Shown here: positions 1-22,937 of the stretch, piece after piece
Layout: every line of letters starts with the position of its first letter
How positions within the stretch are numbered: the stretch's first letter is position 1
Assembly: GCF_009914755.1 (NCBI RefSeq)
Contig: NC_060929.1
Source: the human T2T-CHM13v2.0 reference genome, Homo sapiens
Length of the DNA: 64,000 nt
Reading direction: 5' to 3' (one strand)
Program-made: the position numbers and the translations under genes
Notes under the pieces: model-generated
Databases searched by the model: none
Told to the model about the DNA's origin: nothing
The model's input: the letters and a program-made list of their open reading frames with translations, nothing else

Positions 1-4016
<4,016 letters not shown>

Positions 4017-4436
4017 GGAATAGTTTATTGGAGAACAGGCAGGAGCAGGTAAAGTTTAATCGAAAGACGGAGTTATGTGGTGAACTTTGTGGGTTTGACT
4101 TATTTACTGGACATATAGAGGGAAGACTTCAGCCAGCAGCTTAATGTATATGACTTGTGGTTGCAGAAATGATCTGGGCTCAAGTAATGGATATTGAAAT
4201 TACATCCCAAAAGTAGATGTTACCTACAGAATCACAGAGTGCCTTTTGGTGTAATGATAAAGCAATGGGCAAAAAATTCTAGTGTAGACTGGATTCCATC
4301 AGTTCATAACTATATCATTTAAACATATCATCTGGTTCCTTTGAAAGGACTCTCAGAGTAACTCTCTATTCTCCCTTAAAAAGCTTTGAGAATAAGTTAG
4401 TATGAGTGAAATACCTTTAAAAATCATACATATAAG

Positions 4437-4591
4437 CTTCCTTCCCTCCTTCCTTCTTTCCTTCCTTCCTTCTTTCCTTCCTTCCTTCCTCACTCCCTCC
4501 CTTTCTCTCTCCCTTCCTCCATTTCTCTCTCCCTCCCTCCATTTCTCTCTCCCTCCCTTTCTCTTTTTTTCCCTTCCACCCTCCTCCCTTC
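4437..4591. repeat. (TTCC)n / CT-rich polypyrimidine tract
   Basis: Directly visible ttcc/ctct repeats; accounts for the low-complexity ORFs at 4353-4632. Confidence 0.95.
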
Positions 4592-6593
4592 TAATAATCA
4601 CTTATTCATCTCTTCAGTATTTACAACAATGAATGGATCTTTAGGACTAAGATTAGGGGAGAGTTAGAGACACTGAAAGTTTTGTTGTCTTCCTAAAGCT
4701 CTTTGACAAGATTTGCAATGAAAACCAATAAGAACCTTGGTAGTCTGGGAGAGTTTTACTTGTAACAATTTCTTTTTTCCAAATTGGGTTCTCAATCATT
4801 CTTGCCTGTGGTCTTAAATATTTTGCTCAATGTAGTGATGTGTTGAAGTGACTTGAAGAACTAAAACTATATTTGGGTTTGGGGTATCTATTCCTCATTG
4901 TTCTTTTGTCTCTAAAGGATTTTCATTACTTGCTCTTAGCACTTCATAAATACACAGGCATGTCCTGTCAGGAGACTAGTAGCTGCTGACAAGGGTAGGA
5001 TTTTCAATTTGGATTGATAATATTCTGTACTGGAATGGTGATATAAGCCAGCAGTATAAGTTATGACCTGCTGAATCAACTGACTCACTTGGGTAGGCAC
5101 TTATACCCAATATTTGCCTGCTTTGTACAATATCATCATTTTCTTAGAATTTTGAGTCAGTCCATAATATTTATTGAGTGGCTTCTGAGTATAGAATATG
5201 AGGCACTGTATCAGGAGTTGTGAAATGCATTCAGAGAATGAGGGACTGTGCACGTGTCATTTGTCACAGATTATATGTGGAAGAAATGTCATCAACCTCC
5301 ATGATTAGAATAGTCAAGCCATTTGTTTGCCAGTTAAAAAGTCCTGTCCTGGGAAACCTCATAATGCCTGTTTTATACTGAGATGCTTTATGATACATTC
5401 CTAATGAAAGAGTTGATATAATCTACACCCCATATCTTCAACACCTTGAACAGAAGATAGAGTGACTTACATCCAATTATCTATTGACTGGTTAATCATC
5501 TAGTGTAGCTCAGAATGACCTAAGAATGAACAACAGTGTCCAGTACTGTATACCATATGTCAACTAGTTGAATAAGACTCAAACCCAGAGACTCTAAACA
5601 GGCAGTTAGGAAGAGAAGGAATGATAGAGATGAGAAATAGCTCATTAAGGTAGAGTATGAGCAGGGAGCAGTCAATGTCTACTCTGAGAAGGCAACCAAG
5701 TATTTTGAGTTTCTCTTTAAACATCAGAACTGCTATTAGATCCCAGGAAATATTACTTTGTGCAGAATTCAGAGGCATTTCCCCTCAGACTCTCAGAGGA
5801 CTCCCAAGATCCAACTGGGGCAGGATAAAATCCATTTTAGAACATTTATGGCTTCCTCTTTCCTTGGCTTTCCTGCTATCTCAGTGCTTGCTGATATCAC
5901 CTCCCAGATATACTACTTATTTTAGTTCCTGCTTTGTTCAAACCAATATACTCTTCTCTTGGATTTGTGCTGTACGTTTTTAGGGAATAAGAACTCAGGG
6001 ACTAGTATAGTATATGGCACAGCCATGCAAGTGGATGTTCGTCCTTCTGCCACCTTATAGCACCAACATTCTTAACAGAAATTTTCTGGGCAGGAAACTG
6101 AAGACTTGAAGGCACTTCTAAATGTGGCTTTCATGGCAGATAGTCTCAAATTAGGCCTCTTGAATGTACCAAGAGAATTACCATATGTTAAAGTATTATG
6201 ATTAGATCAATTCAATCTACTACTAGGTTTAATTATCAAGGTTATAATTTTTATGGAAATAGACAATAATTTTATGGATAAAGTCTTATGTGAGAAAGAT
6301 TGGTTATCATTTCTGAATTTTACTCTTGACTGGATATTCAACTGCAATTTATTTTCTTTAGAAAAATTCTCATTTCTAGGATGTAAAAAATGTTTCAAAT
6401 CAGTTATACTGAATACTTTTTCACAAAATAATATTATCAGTTATAAAATATGAAAGCTAATTAGCAAGCATTGTGATTTTATTGATCATGTAACTAAAAA
6501 TGACAATTTTGTTTATAGTTCTCACATTTACAGGAGGAGTAGCTCTTTCAACCTGTGCTAGACAGAAAAAATCAAAATGTGTTGGTAAGTAGA

Positions 6594-6956
6594 AGTATTA
6601 GTCCATTTTCACTCTGCTGATAAAGAATACCTGAGACTGGATAATTTATAAAGAAAAAGAGGTTTAATGAACTCACAGTTTCACATGGCTGGGGAGGCCT
6701 CACAATCATGGCAGAAGGTGAAAGGCACATCTTACATGGCCTCAGGCAAGAGACAATGAGAGACAAGTGAAAGGGGTTTCCCCTTATAATACCATCAGAT
6801 CTCGAGATACTTATTCACTACCACGAGAACAGTATGGGCGAAACTGCTCCCGTGATTCACTCGTCTCCTACCGGTTCCCTCCCACAACATGTGGGAATTA
6901 TGGGAGCTACAGTTCAAGATGAGATTTGGGTGGGGACTCAGAGCCAAACCCTATAA
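6594..6956 (-). mobile_element. THE1 (ERVL-MaLR) solo LTR, probably THE1C-like
   Basis: gtattagtccattttcac...ggggaggcctcacaatcatggcagaagg...gatgagatttgggtgggga...gccaaacc is the reverse complement of the THE1 LTR consensus; about 360 bp. Confidence 0.92.
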
Positions 6957-8159
6957 ACAGACAAACATGAGACTCCAGGGAATGTACATTTATGACAGGC
7001 TTGAGAAGTTCTGCAAAGAAAGTTAACTGGGAATGCCAAAGCTGTTTTCAAATAATAAATTGTACAATATTTTAGGCATTTTGTTTCCACATAGTAAATC
7101 AATCTCCCTTCCATTTAGGGTCATACACAGTCATGTCTCAATTTGTATAATTTTTAAAATATATGAAATAAATACTCTCAATAACCAAGATATAGATATA
7201 GTGACAGATCAAATCACATTCACAGGTTTTCTAATAACAGTTGTTTTTTTGGTTTTGCTTTAATTGTGAATAAAGGCTGGAAATCTTTTGCATTTTCTCA
7301 TCAATGATAGCTAATGGATCTTTGATCAATTTCAAAATTCAGTATATTAAGAAACAGGGCTGATAAAAATAATATATACTTTTTCCGTACAATTAAAATG
7401 TATTTTACAGATTCCAGAGCTGCTTATATGACAGGATGTGTTTTGACTGTCTCTCTGTAGTCTGTATTATTCTGCCTTTTCTTTATCCTTACTCAGGCTG
7501 CTGTCATTGGCCTCAGCTCAGTGAGGTATCAGCATTTTTGCTTTCAAAGAGAATATATGGTGCATTCCCCTAAGTTCTTTCTCTACATAGCCAACTACTA
7601 GCAGCAAGTGCTTTTAATAGGGGATATGTGTCTTTGTTCCTTTGTGGAGTCACAGGATGTGTATAATGAACTCTGGCATTATGGTGAAGGTACCTCTCAC
7701 TGTTCTCACATAATAAGTCTACTGTTATCAGTTTAATTGATCCTGCTTTTGTCAGAAGGCAATTTGTGTCATTCTGGCACAAAGGGAGACAACCAATAAA
7801 AGGCTGTACACTTTAGGGACAAGTTGTATACTTTTACAGAACTGCTGTCAGGCAGATTTATATCCATTAGCATTATGCAGGGAATGGAAAAAAAAGATAA
7901 GGGTTAAAAGAAGTGTTTTCTTAGTGGGCCAATTAGATGAGGGAGTTGGATGTGAAGGGTGAACAAGTCGGACATCTCTGGTACAGGCTACCTACAATGC
8001 AATTTAATAGCTGTAGCATGCAGAATATCATTAACTCATGAGTGATGATCAGTGGAAAATTCCCTTTAATGCTTAGAAAGGGTAACGTGGTATTAAAGAG
8101 TTTGTTTAACAATGTTTCAAGTATGCACATTGAGCCTAATCTATTATCCTCTTTGATGA

Positions 8160-8481
<322 letters not shown>

Positions 8482-11089
8482 TAATTTTAGTCTTACATAC
8501 AATTTAGAGTTGGGTTTTTCTTAAAAAAATAAGGCTTAGGATACTTAAACTTTTTTTGTTTTTCATACTGGTTAATTTAATATATATAAATCATAATGTT
8601 TCGTTTCTTAGATAATTATCATTTTGGCCATTAAAGAAAAAAAAAAACACCTCACTGGACAATGAACGACAACCTGGTGGGCCAGAATTAGGTAGAAGAG
8701 ATGCACGGAGAGTTCCTAGAGTCACAACAACTTGGTGTGTACATGCCACCAAACATGCACACACACAGATACACACATCCATTGAGAATCACTGAGAGCT
8801 GTCAGGCTACAAAACAATAGATTTATACGTGCAAAGCTATACGTGAGACGGTAAATACTCTGATGAAAATAAATCACTGCTTTGTAGTTGTTAAATAAAC
8901 ATTTGTTCTACAAAAAAGATACCAGTCTTGTTTGAGACAGTGTTCTGGGATATAAGTTTTGTTTGTTAGCTTTGTCATTTGGATTTGTCTGAGTGTTTTC
9001 CAAGAGTTCTTCATCTCTACACACCTCTGTTTATTCTGATTTTGACTTATCTTGACACTTCCAGGTGAGAAGTGTCCCCAATTTATTGCTCTTCTTTGCT
9101 GAATAGAGTTAGAGATAGATGATTGTGATAAGTTTGATGGAGCTTGAGACTCCTCATGTTAGAACTAGAATAGTCTAGGATGTTATACCCATCTAAAGAG
9201 TGTTCTTAATGTTTTTGTAAATTTCTGATTAATTTCAAACAACACCTGGATTCTCTTCCTTTTTCATCATGTCTCTATATTCTTGGCTCCATTTCACATA
9301 GGTTGAGTGCTCATTGTGGATACCCTTTCTGGGTATGCATAAAATATAAACTAGAGCAACTGACCATAAATAACTTAAAATCACTTACTTTAGTGTATTT
9401 CTTCCTTCGAGAAATAATGTATGTCATTCAAAATTGGAAATAAAATCAGAGATAAGAAGGAATATTCTCTGGCTTCTTAGTAAAGAAAGGTGAATTTTTA
9501 AGACTAAGATTTAAATTTAAAGTATTTATTAATGAAAATATACATGTAAATGTTTCCTTATACAGACTCTTCACCCATCCTAAGCATTTTTTAGTACACA
9601 CAGAACATCTATGAGTTGTTCTTTCATATTTATCAAGATAATATTAGCTGATAAATAAAATAGACATAAGCTGATGTCTTCATTCCAGTTTATATTTTTG
9701 TAGTGGTGCATATTCAGTGAATTCAGCTTTACCCAGCATGAGTATACTTGTGTTGTATAACTAAGCTGTCCTGAATGGAAAGATAATCTGTATTTGTGTG
9801 AAAACTTTCTAATATGATAATATTTCCTCTCAATTTTATAACATTTCTAAGAATATCAGCTATGTTTCTAGTAAGAGCCACAAGTATAGAAGGATGGACG
9901 ACTATTTCCTGTGATATATACACGTTTAGCAGAATGATAGTTCTAATAGTAAATTATGCATTCCTCTCTCTCCTCTAGTGTGTCCAAGTTGCCTTGTGAT
10001 CTGCCCTCATTTCCAGCAGTTAGACCACAAGGCATCCAATGGATCAAGGCAGTTTTGTTACCGCAGAAAACAGACAATCAGTTTTTTGAAAAATGAGTTA
10101 CAAACATCATGGTCCAAATATTGTACAAAATATTTAGAAAAATACAAGATAAATAAGAGCCAGGTTTTTCCCTTGCCCCACTGACAATACAAAGAATATT
10201 CCAGATTGAGGAGTAGTGGGGAGAAGAGAGAAGGGGAAAAAGAGCTATTAGTCTTTTCTTCTATTCTCCACTATTAACTACAAAGTCCAGGAGAGGTAAA
10301 ACATCCTCCACCCCTAAATGGGCTTGGTGAACTATGAGAGTGGAGTGATCTTGTGCATTCTTTTTCGGGGAGATCTTAGGAAATGAAAGGCTTCTCAATT
10401 TCTCTGCACCAGAGCATATAATACCTACAGAAATGTATGTGTAGGATGTCTAGGAAAATGGGCCTGCAGCATTCCTCCAGAATCTCCATGTTTCACTGCA
10501 GTGCTCAGGGAGCAGCAGAAATACTTTTCTGTGTGGCAGAGAGCAGTGTGGCCTCGGCACAGAGAGCCAGTGAAACTGTAGATGCCTTGTTTTCAAGACA
10601 AGGTGGATGTGCATGAAGCCAAGACAGAAGACTACCTGGGAACACAAACATACTAGCTGCTTGCAAAGTAATATTACAGAGATGATTTTAAAAATGCCCA
10701 GATTTCTATCTATATCATTCATAATATGTCACTATATAAGTCCCAAAGAATGTAGCCACTAACTCAGGGAAAATATGTAGAGAGACACCGAAATGACTGT
10801 GATTAAGTTACTGCCAGTTAGTGATTAGAATATAAATTAAACTTAGTTATAAAAAAAGATAAATTTCATGACTATCTTATTTGTTTTTTTTATTATACTT
10901 TAAGTTTTAGGGTACATGTGCACAATGTGCAGGTTTGTTACATATGTATACATGTGCCATATTGGTGTGCTGCATCCATTAACTCATCATTTAACACTAG
11001 GTATATCTCCTAATGCTATCCCTCCCCTCACCCCACAACAGTCCCTGGTGGGTGATGTTCCCCTTCCTGTGTCCATGTGTTCTCATTGT

Positions 11090-14915
<3,826 letters not shown>

Positions 14916-14977
14916 TAGATGTTAGCTGCTTATTTTGCTTGTTAGTTGATGCAGTTTCTTCCTAGCCATGATGGTCT

Positions 14978-15988
14978 TTACAATTTGGCATGTTTTTGCA
15001 GTGGCTGGTACTGGTTGTTCCTTTCCATGTTTAGTGCTTCCTTCGGGAGCTCTTTTAGGGCAGGCCTGGTGGTGACAAAATCTCCCAGTATTTGCTTGTC
15101 TGTAAAGTATTTTATTTCTCCTTCACTTATGAAGCTTAGTTTGGCTGGATATGAAATTGTGGGTTGAAAATTCTTTTCTTTAAGAATGTTGAATAGTGGC
15201 CTCCACTCTCTTCTGGCTTGTAGAGCTTCTGCCAAGAGATCTGCTGTTAGTCTGATGGGCTTCCCTTTGTGGTAACCCAACCTTTGTCTCTGGCTGTCCT
15301 TAACATTTTTTCCTTGATTTCAACTTTGGTGAATCTGACAATTATTTTTCTTGGAGTTGCTCTTCTTGAGGAGTATCTTTGTGGCATTCTCTGTATTTCC
15401 TGAATTTGAATGTTGGCCTGCCTTGCTAGGTTGGGGAAGTTCTCCTGGATAATATCCTGCAGAGTGTTTTCCAACTTGGTTCCATTCTCCCTGTCACTTT
15501 CAGGTATACCAGTCAGAAGTAGATTTGGTCTTTTCACATAGTCCCATATTTCTTGGAGGCTTTGTTCGTTTCTTTTTTTCTTTTTTCTCTAAACTTCTCT
15601 TCTCCCTTTATTTCATTCATCTGATCTTCCATCACTGATACTCTTCCGGTTGATCGAATCGGCTACTGAGGCTTGTGCATTCATCACATAGTTCTCGTGC
15701 TGTGGTTTTCAGCTCCATTAGGTCCTTTAAGGACTTCTCTGCGTTGGTTGTTCTAGTTAGCCATTCGTCTAATCTTTTTTCAAGGTTTTTAACTTCTTTG
15801 CTATGGGTTCGAACTTCCTCCTTTAGCTCGGAGTAGTTTGATCATCTGAAGCTCTCTTTTCTCAACTTGTCAAAGTCATTCTCCATCCAGCTTTGTTCCA
15901 TTACTGGTGAGGAGCTGCGTTCCTTTGGACGAGGAGAGGCTCTCTGATTTTTAGAATTTTCAGTTTTTCTATTCTGCTTTTTCCCCAT
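14978..15988 (-). pseudogene. L1 ORF1, frameshifted
   Basis: Fragments KRPNL...ENGTKLENTLQDIIQENFPNLARQAN and KGKPIRLTADL...QKHAKL lie in different frames; ATG of the MGK start at 15988. Confidence 0.9.
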
Positions 15989-16560
15989 CTTTGTGGTTTT
16001 ATCTACCTTTGATCTTTGATGATGGTGACGTGCAGATGGGGTTTTGGTGTGGATGTCCTTTCTGTTTGTTAGTTTTCCTTCTAACAGTCAGGACCCTCAG
16101 CTGCAGGTCTGTTGGAGTTTGATGGAGGTCCACTCCAGACCCTGTTTTCCTGGGTATCAGCAGTGGAGGCTGCTGAACAGCGAATATTGGTGAACAGCAA
16201 ATGTTGCTGCCTGATCATTCCTCTGGAAGTTTTGTCTCAGAGGAGTACCTGACTGTGTGAGGTATCAGTCTGCCCCTACTGGGGGGTGCCCAGTTAGGCT
16301 ACTCGGGGTTCAGGGACCCACTTGAGGAGGCAGTCTGTCCATTCTCAGATCTCAGGCTGCATGCTGGGAGAACCACCACTCTCTTCAAAGCTGTCAGACA
16401 GGGACAATTAAGACTGCAGAGGTTTCTCCTGCCTTTTGTTTGGCTATGCCCTGCCCCTAGAGGTGGCGTCTGCAGAGGCAGGCAGGCCTCCTTGAGCTGT
16501 GGTGGGCTCCATCCAGTTTGAGCTTCCCAGCCACTTTGTTTACCTACTCAAGCCTAGGCA

Positions 16561-16989
16561 AAGGCAGGCACCCCTCCCCCCGCCTTGCTGCTGCCTTGCA
16601 GTTTGATCTCAGACTGCTGTGCTAGCAATGAGCAAGGCTCCGTGGGCATAGGACCCTCCAAGCCAGGCACGGGATACAATCTCCTGGTGTGCCATTTGCT
16701 AAGACCATCGCAAAAGTGCAGTATTAGGGTGGGAGTGACCCAATTTTCCAGTTGTCATCTGTCACCCTTTTCCTTCCCTGACCCCTTGCGCTTCCTGGGT
16801 GAGGTGATCCCTCACCCTTCTTCAGCTCATGCTCGGTGCGCTGCAGCCACTGTCCGACAATCCCCAGTGAGATCAACCTGGTACCTCAGTTGGAAATGCA
16901 TAAATCATTCGTCTTCTGCATCATTCACGCTGAGAGCTGTAGACTGGAGCTGTTCCTATTCGGCCATCGTGGCTCCACCTCCCTCATGA
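16561..16989 (+). pseudogene. L1 ORF0 homologue (antisense ORF in the 5' UTR); ATG mutated to AAG, normal stop deleted
   Basis: Frame reads KAGTPPPALLLPCSLISDCCASNEQGSVGIGPSKPG...IRVGVTQFS, matching recalled ORF0 (MAGAPPPASLPPCSLISDCCASNQRDSVGVGPSEPG...IRVGVTRFS). Confidence 0.85.
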
Positions 16990-17137
16990 ATATCTTATAT
17001 AGTGGAATGAGATTGGCATTGACCATGTGTATTTTAATATATGTCATATTTTGTGTATGTCATTGGTGTTTTTAGCTCTTGTAATGCATAGTTCTGAATA
17101 TTTTAAATATCTAACAGTTATAAAGCTATAATTTTCT

Positions 17138-17139
<2 letters not shown>

Positions 17140-17180
<41 letters not shown>
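17140..17180. repeat. (CA)20 microsatellite
   Basis: Uninterrupted CA run directly visible. Confidence 0.97.
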
Positions 17181-17182
<2 letters not shown>

Positions 17183-18324
17183 CACGGTGCCCCTTTTCAT
17201 TGTGGATGGTGATAGAAGTCACCATAATTCTGGGCAGCTATAGTAGTTTCAACATCATTTCCTCCTATTTAGTATCCATGAGAATTCCAGATATCAAAAT
17301 TCAAATGTTATACAATTGTAACTGAAACTCTTGAGTGAGATTTTCAGCCATTTTAGTCTTCTCCCAATTGCATTAGACTTTTCTCAAAATTAAATATTTA
17401 AGACTTTATTTTTATTCTTGTAAAAGGAGAAATAAACATAATTTTCTAGGAAGCACAAAAAGGACCATGAAATAACTTATTTATCTTTCTCTCCTTTTGT
17501 GGTTTCAAGATTCTCAAGGATGAGCAAAGAGTAGAAAATAAAAACACAGCTTCTTATATCTCATTTCTATGAGTCAAATTGCACCAGAAAAACAATCTTG
17601 GTATTACTCTTAAAACATATCACTTTTCTTGGGGAACACTCTATGGAAGAATCGATGCTACTTGAAATTCTAAGAATAACTACGAATGATGTGGATGGAA
17701 AGGGTCAGGCTCTCTGTTGATTATTCCCCTCAGTCACTCTGGTCATGCCTTTCTTCCCTTGATCATTTCATCACAATGACACTTTACTCTTAAATTTTAT
17801 GTATTTCAGAAGGAAGCAACTAGTATGCTGAAGGCAAATTTACTTGACTCTTAAAAGTTTGATGAAGCAGCTCTCTACTCACATTATATATTTCAACTTG
17901 AATCAAATTTAGGTAAAGTTAACACATTCACTGGGTATTCTTAGGCATAATAAGATGAACATAACTCACTTTAGGGTGGTATTCTATTCAGGTACATGAG
18001 TAATGAATAACTTTCTGCTGCTCTAACTTACACAAGCATCAGTTATCTACTGAGTTAGTACTGAGAGATTTATTTTGACAATCTCTGGGGCACGTTATTG
18101 AAAATAATCATGATTGATCTGATTATAAATAATTAAAGTATATAAAGCCTAATTTATTTATTAAATTTATTTGGGAAGGCTTTTACTTGTTTGACCTACT
18201 ATTTCTGTGTTATTTGGTGAGATTATTTTTGCTGCTTTTATTGAAGTAAATAAAGATGCTAAAACAATTTTTAAGACTAAGGTAGAATATTTCATTAACC
18301 AATGAAATTCAAACTTGTTCAAAT

Positions 18325-18462
18325 GAAGTTTCCTGAACTCTCCTTCCCACAGTTTCATTTCTGTAGGACTTGGCAGGAGAGGTTCTAGAAATCTGATTTA
18401 TTGTGCTCTTTCAGAAGATTCTCATGCAGGTATCCCTAGGACAACATTTTGAGAAACAGTGA
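18325..18462. mobile_element. MER5-type hAT DNA transposon fragment
   Basis: Ends gattctcatgcagg...acattttgagaaacagtg, a MER5-like terminus. Confidence 0.55.
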
Positions 18463-18544
18463 TGTAGAGTCCCTCAATTATTATTTCCCTTCTTCTGTTT
18501 ACCACCTTAGAATGTGTACAAAATGTAATATATTTATAATTAAT

Positions 18545-19632
18545 TTTTTAAAAAATAAACTTAATCTTTTCATACAGGTTTAGATTTAAAAGACAAAATC
18601 AAGCATATAGTACAGAGAGTTCCCATAAACCCTGCACCCCATTTCCCCTATTATTAACACATTAATGATACATTTGTCATAACTATTGAACCAATATGGA
18701 TATTTTATTATTAAATAAAGCTATATTTTGTTCAGATTTCCTTTTTCTTTGCCTAATGTTCTATTTTGTTCCAGGATCTCACCCACGACACCACATTACA
18801 GTTGTCATGTCTCCTTAGGCTCAACTTGGCAGTGACAGTTTCTCAGACTTTCTTTGTTTTTGACAACCTTGATAGTTTGAAGAGTACTAGTTAGATGTCT
18901 TGTAGAATGCCCCTTTGGTGAAATTTGTCTGATGTTTTTCTTATGATTAATCTGGGGTTACGGGTTTTTAGGAGGAAGATGACAAAGGTGAAATGCCATT
19001 TTCATCACATCATGTAAAGGATACAGACTATGAACATTACTTGTCATTGTTGATGTTAACATTGGTCAATTGTCTGAGGTAGTCTTAGGCAGGTCTCTCC
19101 AGATGTAAAGTTGTTCTTTATCCCCAACTGCCTTTCCAAACTCTTAGGAAGAAAGCTCACTTAAGGTACGGGGAGTTATGCTCTAGCTCCTTGAAAGATG
19201 CATATCTACATAAATTATTTGAATTCTGCACAGGAAATTTGTCTTTTCTCCTCCATTTATTTAGTCAAGTATTTATTTATACCGGTGTAGAATCATGGAT
19301 ATTTGTTTTATACCTTGAGTCACAATCCAATACTTTTTTTTTTTTTTTTACTTTGTTGCTCAAATTGTTCCAACTTTGACCACTGGAGGCTCTTTCAGTT
19401 GACTCTGGTATCTTTTTGACATACCACATTTATTGGATTGGTTTAGGATTTTTTTTTTCCTTTGCTGTTTGTTTGCTTTAACACTTCCTTACTTTCCAGC
19501 ACTACAAGATGCTCCTGGTTTATCTTGTATATTTCCTGCACAAGTCCTAGAACCAGCCATTTATCCAACAAATCCTGATTCTTTTAATTGAATAGTGGTA
19601 TGAGAAACCAAGATACAGGTGCTAGGTGCACA
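18545..19632 (-). mobile_element. Old LINE-1 3' end (L1MC/L1MD-like)
   Basis: tagtacagagagttcccata, ttccaggatc...gtcatgtctccttagg and cagtttctcagactttc motifs typical of L1MC/MD 3' ends. Confidence 0.75.
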
Positions 19633-19710
19633 ATTATATTCTTAAGAAAAAATAATTAGAAATGATGCAAAATGTAACAAGATGAATTGATGATAAGACT
19701 AGTCTAAAAG

Positions 19711-20603
<893 letters not shown>

Positions 20604-22059
20604 GTCTTAAATAGACTGTTTCAAAAGCAAAAATAAAATAATCTACAGATTCAAACTTTTACTATTGCTTATTTACTGTTATTTATTTAATCCATAAGAT
20701 TTTTCACAGGTTGATATTTTTCATTTACTTCATTTAGAGAAAAGGGGTTGGCATAAATCCTGCATGTTTAGTGGTACAATGCTGGATTTACTGTCAGTGT
20801 AAAGTCAGGCAAATCAAGTAAAGTTAAATAATTTTCTCTCTTAAGCCTTCTCCATTTCCTTTTCTCCTATTTGCCTGATATAACTTGTTTTACTCTCACA
20901 TTCCCATTTTGGTTTAGGGCAGCATTGGGGCATGTTTGATGAGGGGTCACTTGGAAGCATTTCTTAATGCTTTGCATTCACCATCAATCAGTTGTGATAA
21001 GTGTTCATGTGGGCAATTTATGCTATGAAAACACCTTGTATGGCACTTGAGAGCAAGAGAGGAAAGGTGAGTCTGACAGGAATGAGGAGACAAGAGAGTG
21101 AGCCCAACACCAATTTTCTAAATCTGTTGCTCTGCTGGAATGAATGATTGTGAGAGATGATGGATGACTGATATCACTGTTAAGTGTCTTTTATTCCTTA
21201 GGATAATTTTGCCAATTTTCCAGTGAACTTAAATGTCCACAGATGTTCTAGATGAAACCTACTGATTCGTAACTCCAAGTCTTTAAGGGCCAAATTGTTG
21301 GAGAATGTCAGTGGAAACTGGCAGTTTGACTATAGTTTCTACAAAAGACCATTGAGTGTCCTGAAGATTCTCTTGTAATTTGTCACTGGCACAAATGTCT
21401 AGCATAGTAATTTTACTTTTAGTAGATTAGGGATAAGAATGGAATGTTAAATGTTGCTTGTTCAGATCACAGTGGGTGAATGTGTACTACACGTCCTATC
21501 TATTTCTGTTGGTACTCTTCAAGGAAAAAATGTTAAATAAGAAGTTACTTCAAAATTCTGCTGTATTTTACATTGGCCAAAATGATTGTCACTATTAAGA
21601 AGAATTTTATAGAACATAAAACATAAAAATTTTTAAAGAAGTAATCACCATTTATAGGAAGTGAATATGAGGTGAAAGGAAAAGAATGTGTATTTTTTAG
21701 TTAAAATGTGGCTCTGACATTGGCCTGTCTCTCTGGCTTGCAGGCCTCACCCCACCTTTATTTTCACCTCTCCTAAATGCTCTACCAGTCCCTTTAGCAG
21801 ACTGCTAAATGTTTGCTAGAAAGACAGGCTTGCCTTTGTTTCCACTTCATATCCTCCATTAAGCACATTAAATATTTTAAATACCATTAAATTCTTTAGA
21901 GATGCTTCATGTTCAAATTTAAAAATATTTAGAGTTCAAATTTCATGGTTAATTATTTTTCAATAGTCCCCTTTTCTGAAAGGTCTGTGTCAATTCATTC
22001 TTTGTCTATCTTTGCTGTCCTTTTAACAAACTGATGACTGCATCTATCTACAACCTTAG

Positions 22060-22236
22060 TCAGTGTTCCTTAATTTGATTGCATATTAGAACACCTGCAA
22101 ACTTTAAAAAAAATGTATAGATTCCTGGATTTCACTGAGACCAAATGAATCAGAATTGCTGGCAAGGCTAGGGCATTGGTATTTCTTAGGAATTCTCCAG
22201 TGACTCTAATGCACAATTACAGTTTAGAATTACTGG
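22060..22236. mobile_element. MER5-type hAT DNA transposon
   Basis: cagtgttcct...attagaacacctg...tgaatcagaat...gtgactctaatgcac...tttagaattactg. Confidence 0.65.
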
Positions 22237-22306
22237 TCTAGGCTATGGATGACAAATACGTTTTCATCTTATCCAACAACACTGTGTTAAGAATGATACC
22301 ATAGTG

Positions 22307-22683
<377 letters not shown>

Positions 22684-22903
22684 CTACAGTAGTGGCTCAG
22701 CTGTCAGGTTCTTGCCATCACTTACCATATCCTTCTGACTTTAAATTTTCTCCCTCATAAGCATTGAGCTCATTCTCTATTTCTCTGGTCTCCATTCATA
22801 TTGTAGGGCCCACCATCCATACATCATAATGCTGAAAAATTTTATTTCATGTAAATTTTGTTAGTAGTTTTAGTAAAGAGTGGATTCTAAAATTAAATAC
22901 TAA

Positions 22904-22937
22904 ACACACACACACACACACTCACACACACACACAC
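22904..22937. repeat. Interrupted (CA)n microsatellite
   Basis: CA run with one ct interruption. Confidence 0.9.

Noticed and set aside
4353-4632. R/E/G/K-rich and L/P/S/F-rich ORFs
   Set aside because: Translations of the (TTCC)n tract.
5657-5983. 108-aa ATG-initiated ORF in non-repeat sequence
   Set aside because: No recognisable homology, promoter or splice context; this length is expected by chance in 64 kb.
9733-9770. Possible 38-nt - strand micro-exon (ctttccattcag|...ctgg|gtaaag)
   Set aside because: Splice signals are plausible, but the peptide is unrecognisable and I found no partner exons; such signals are common by chance.
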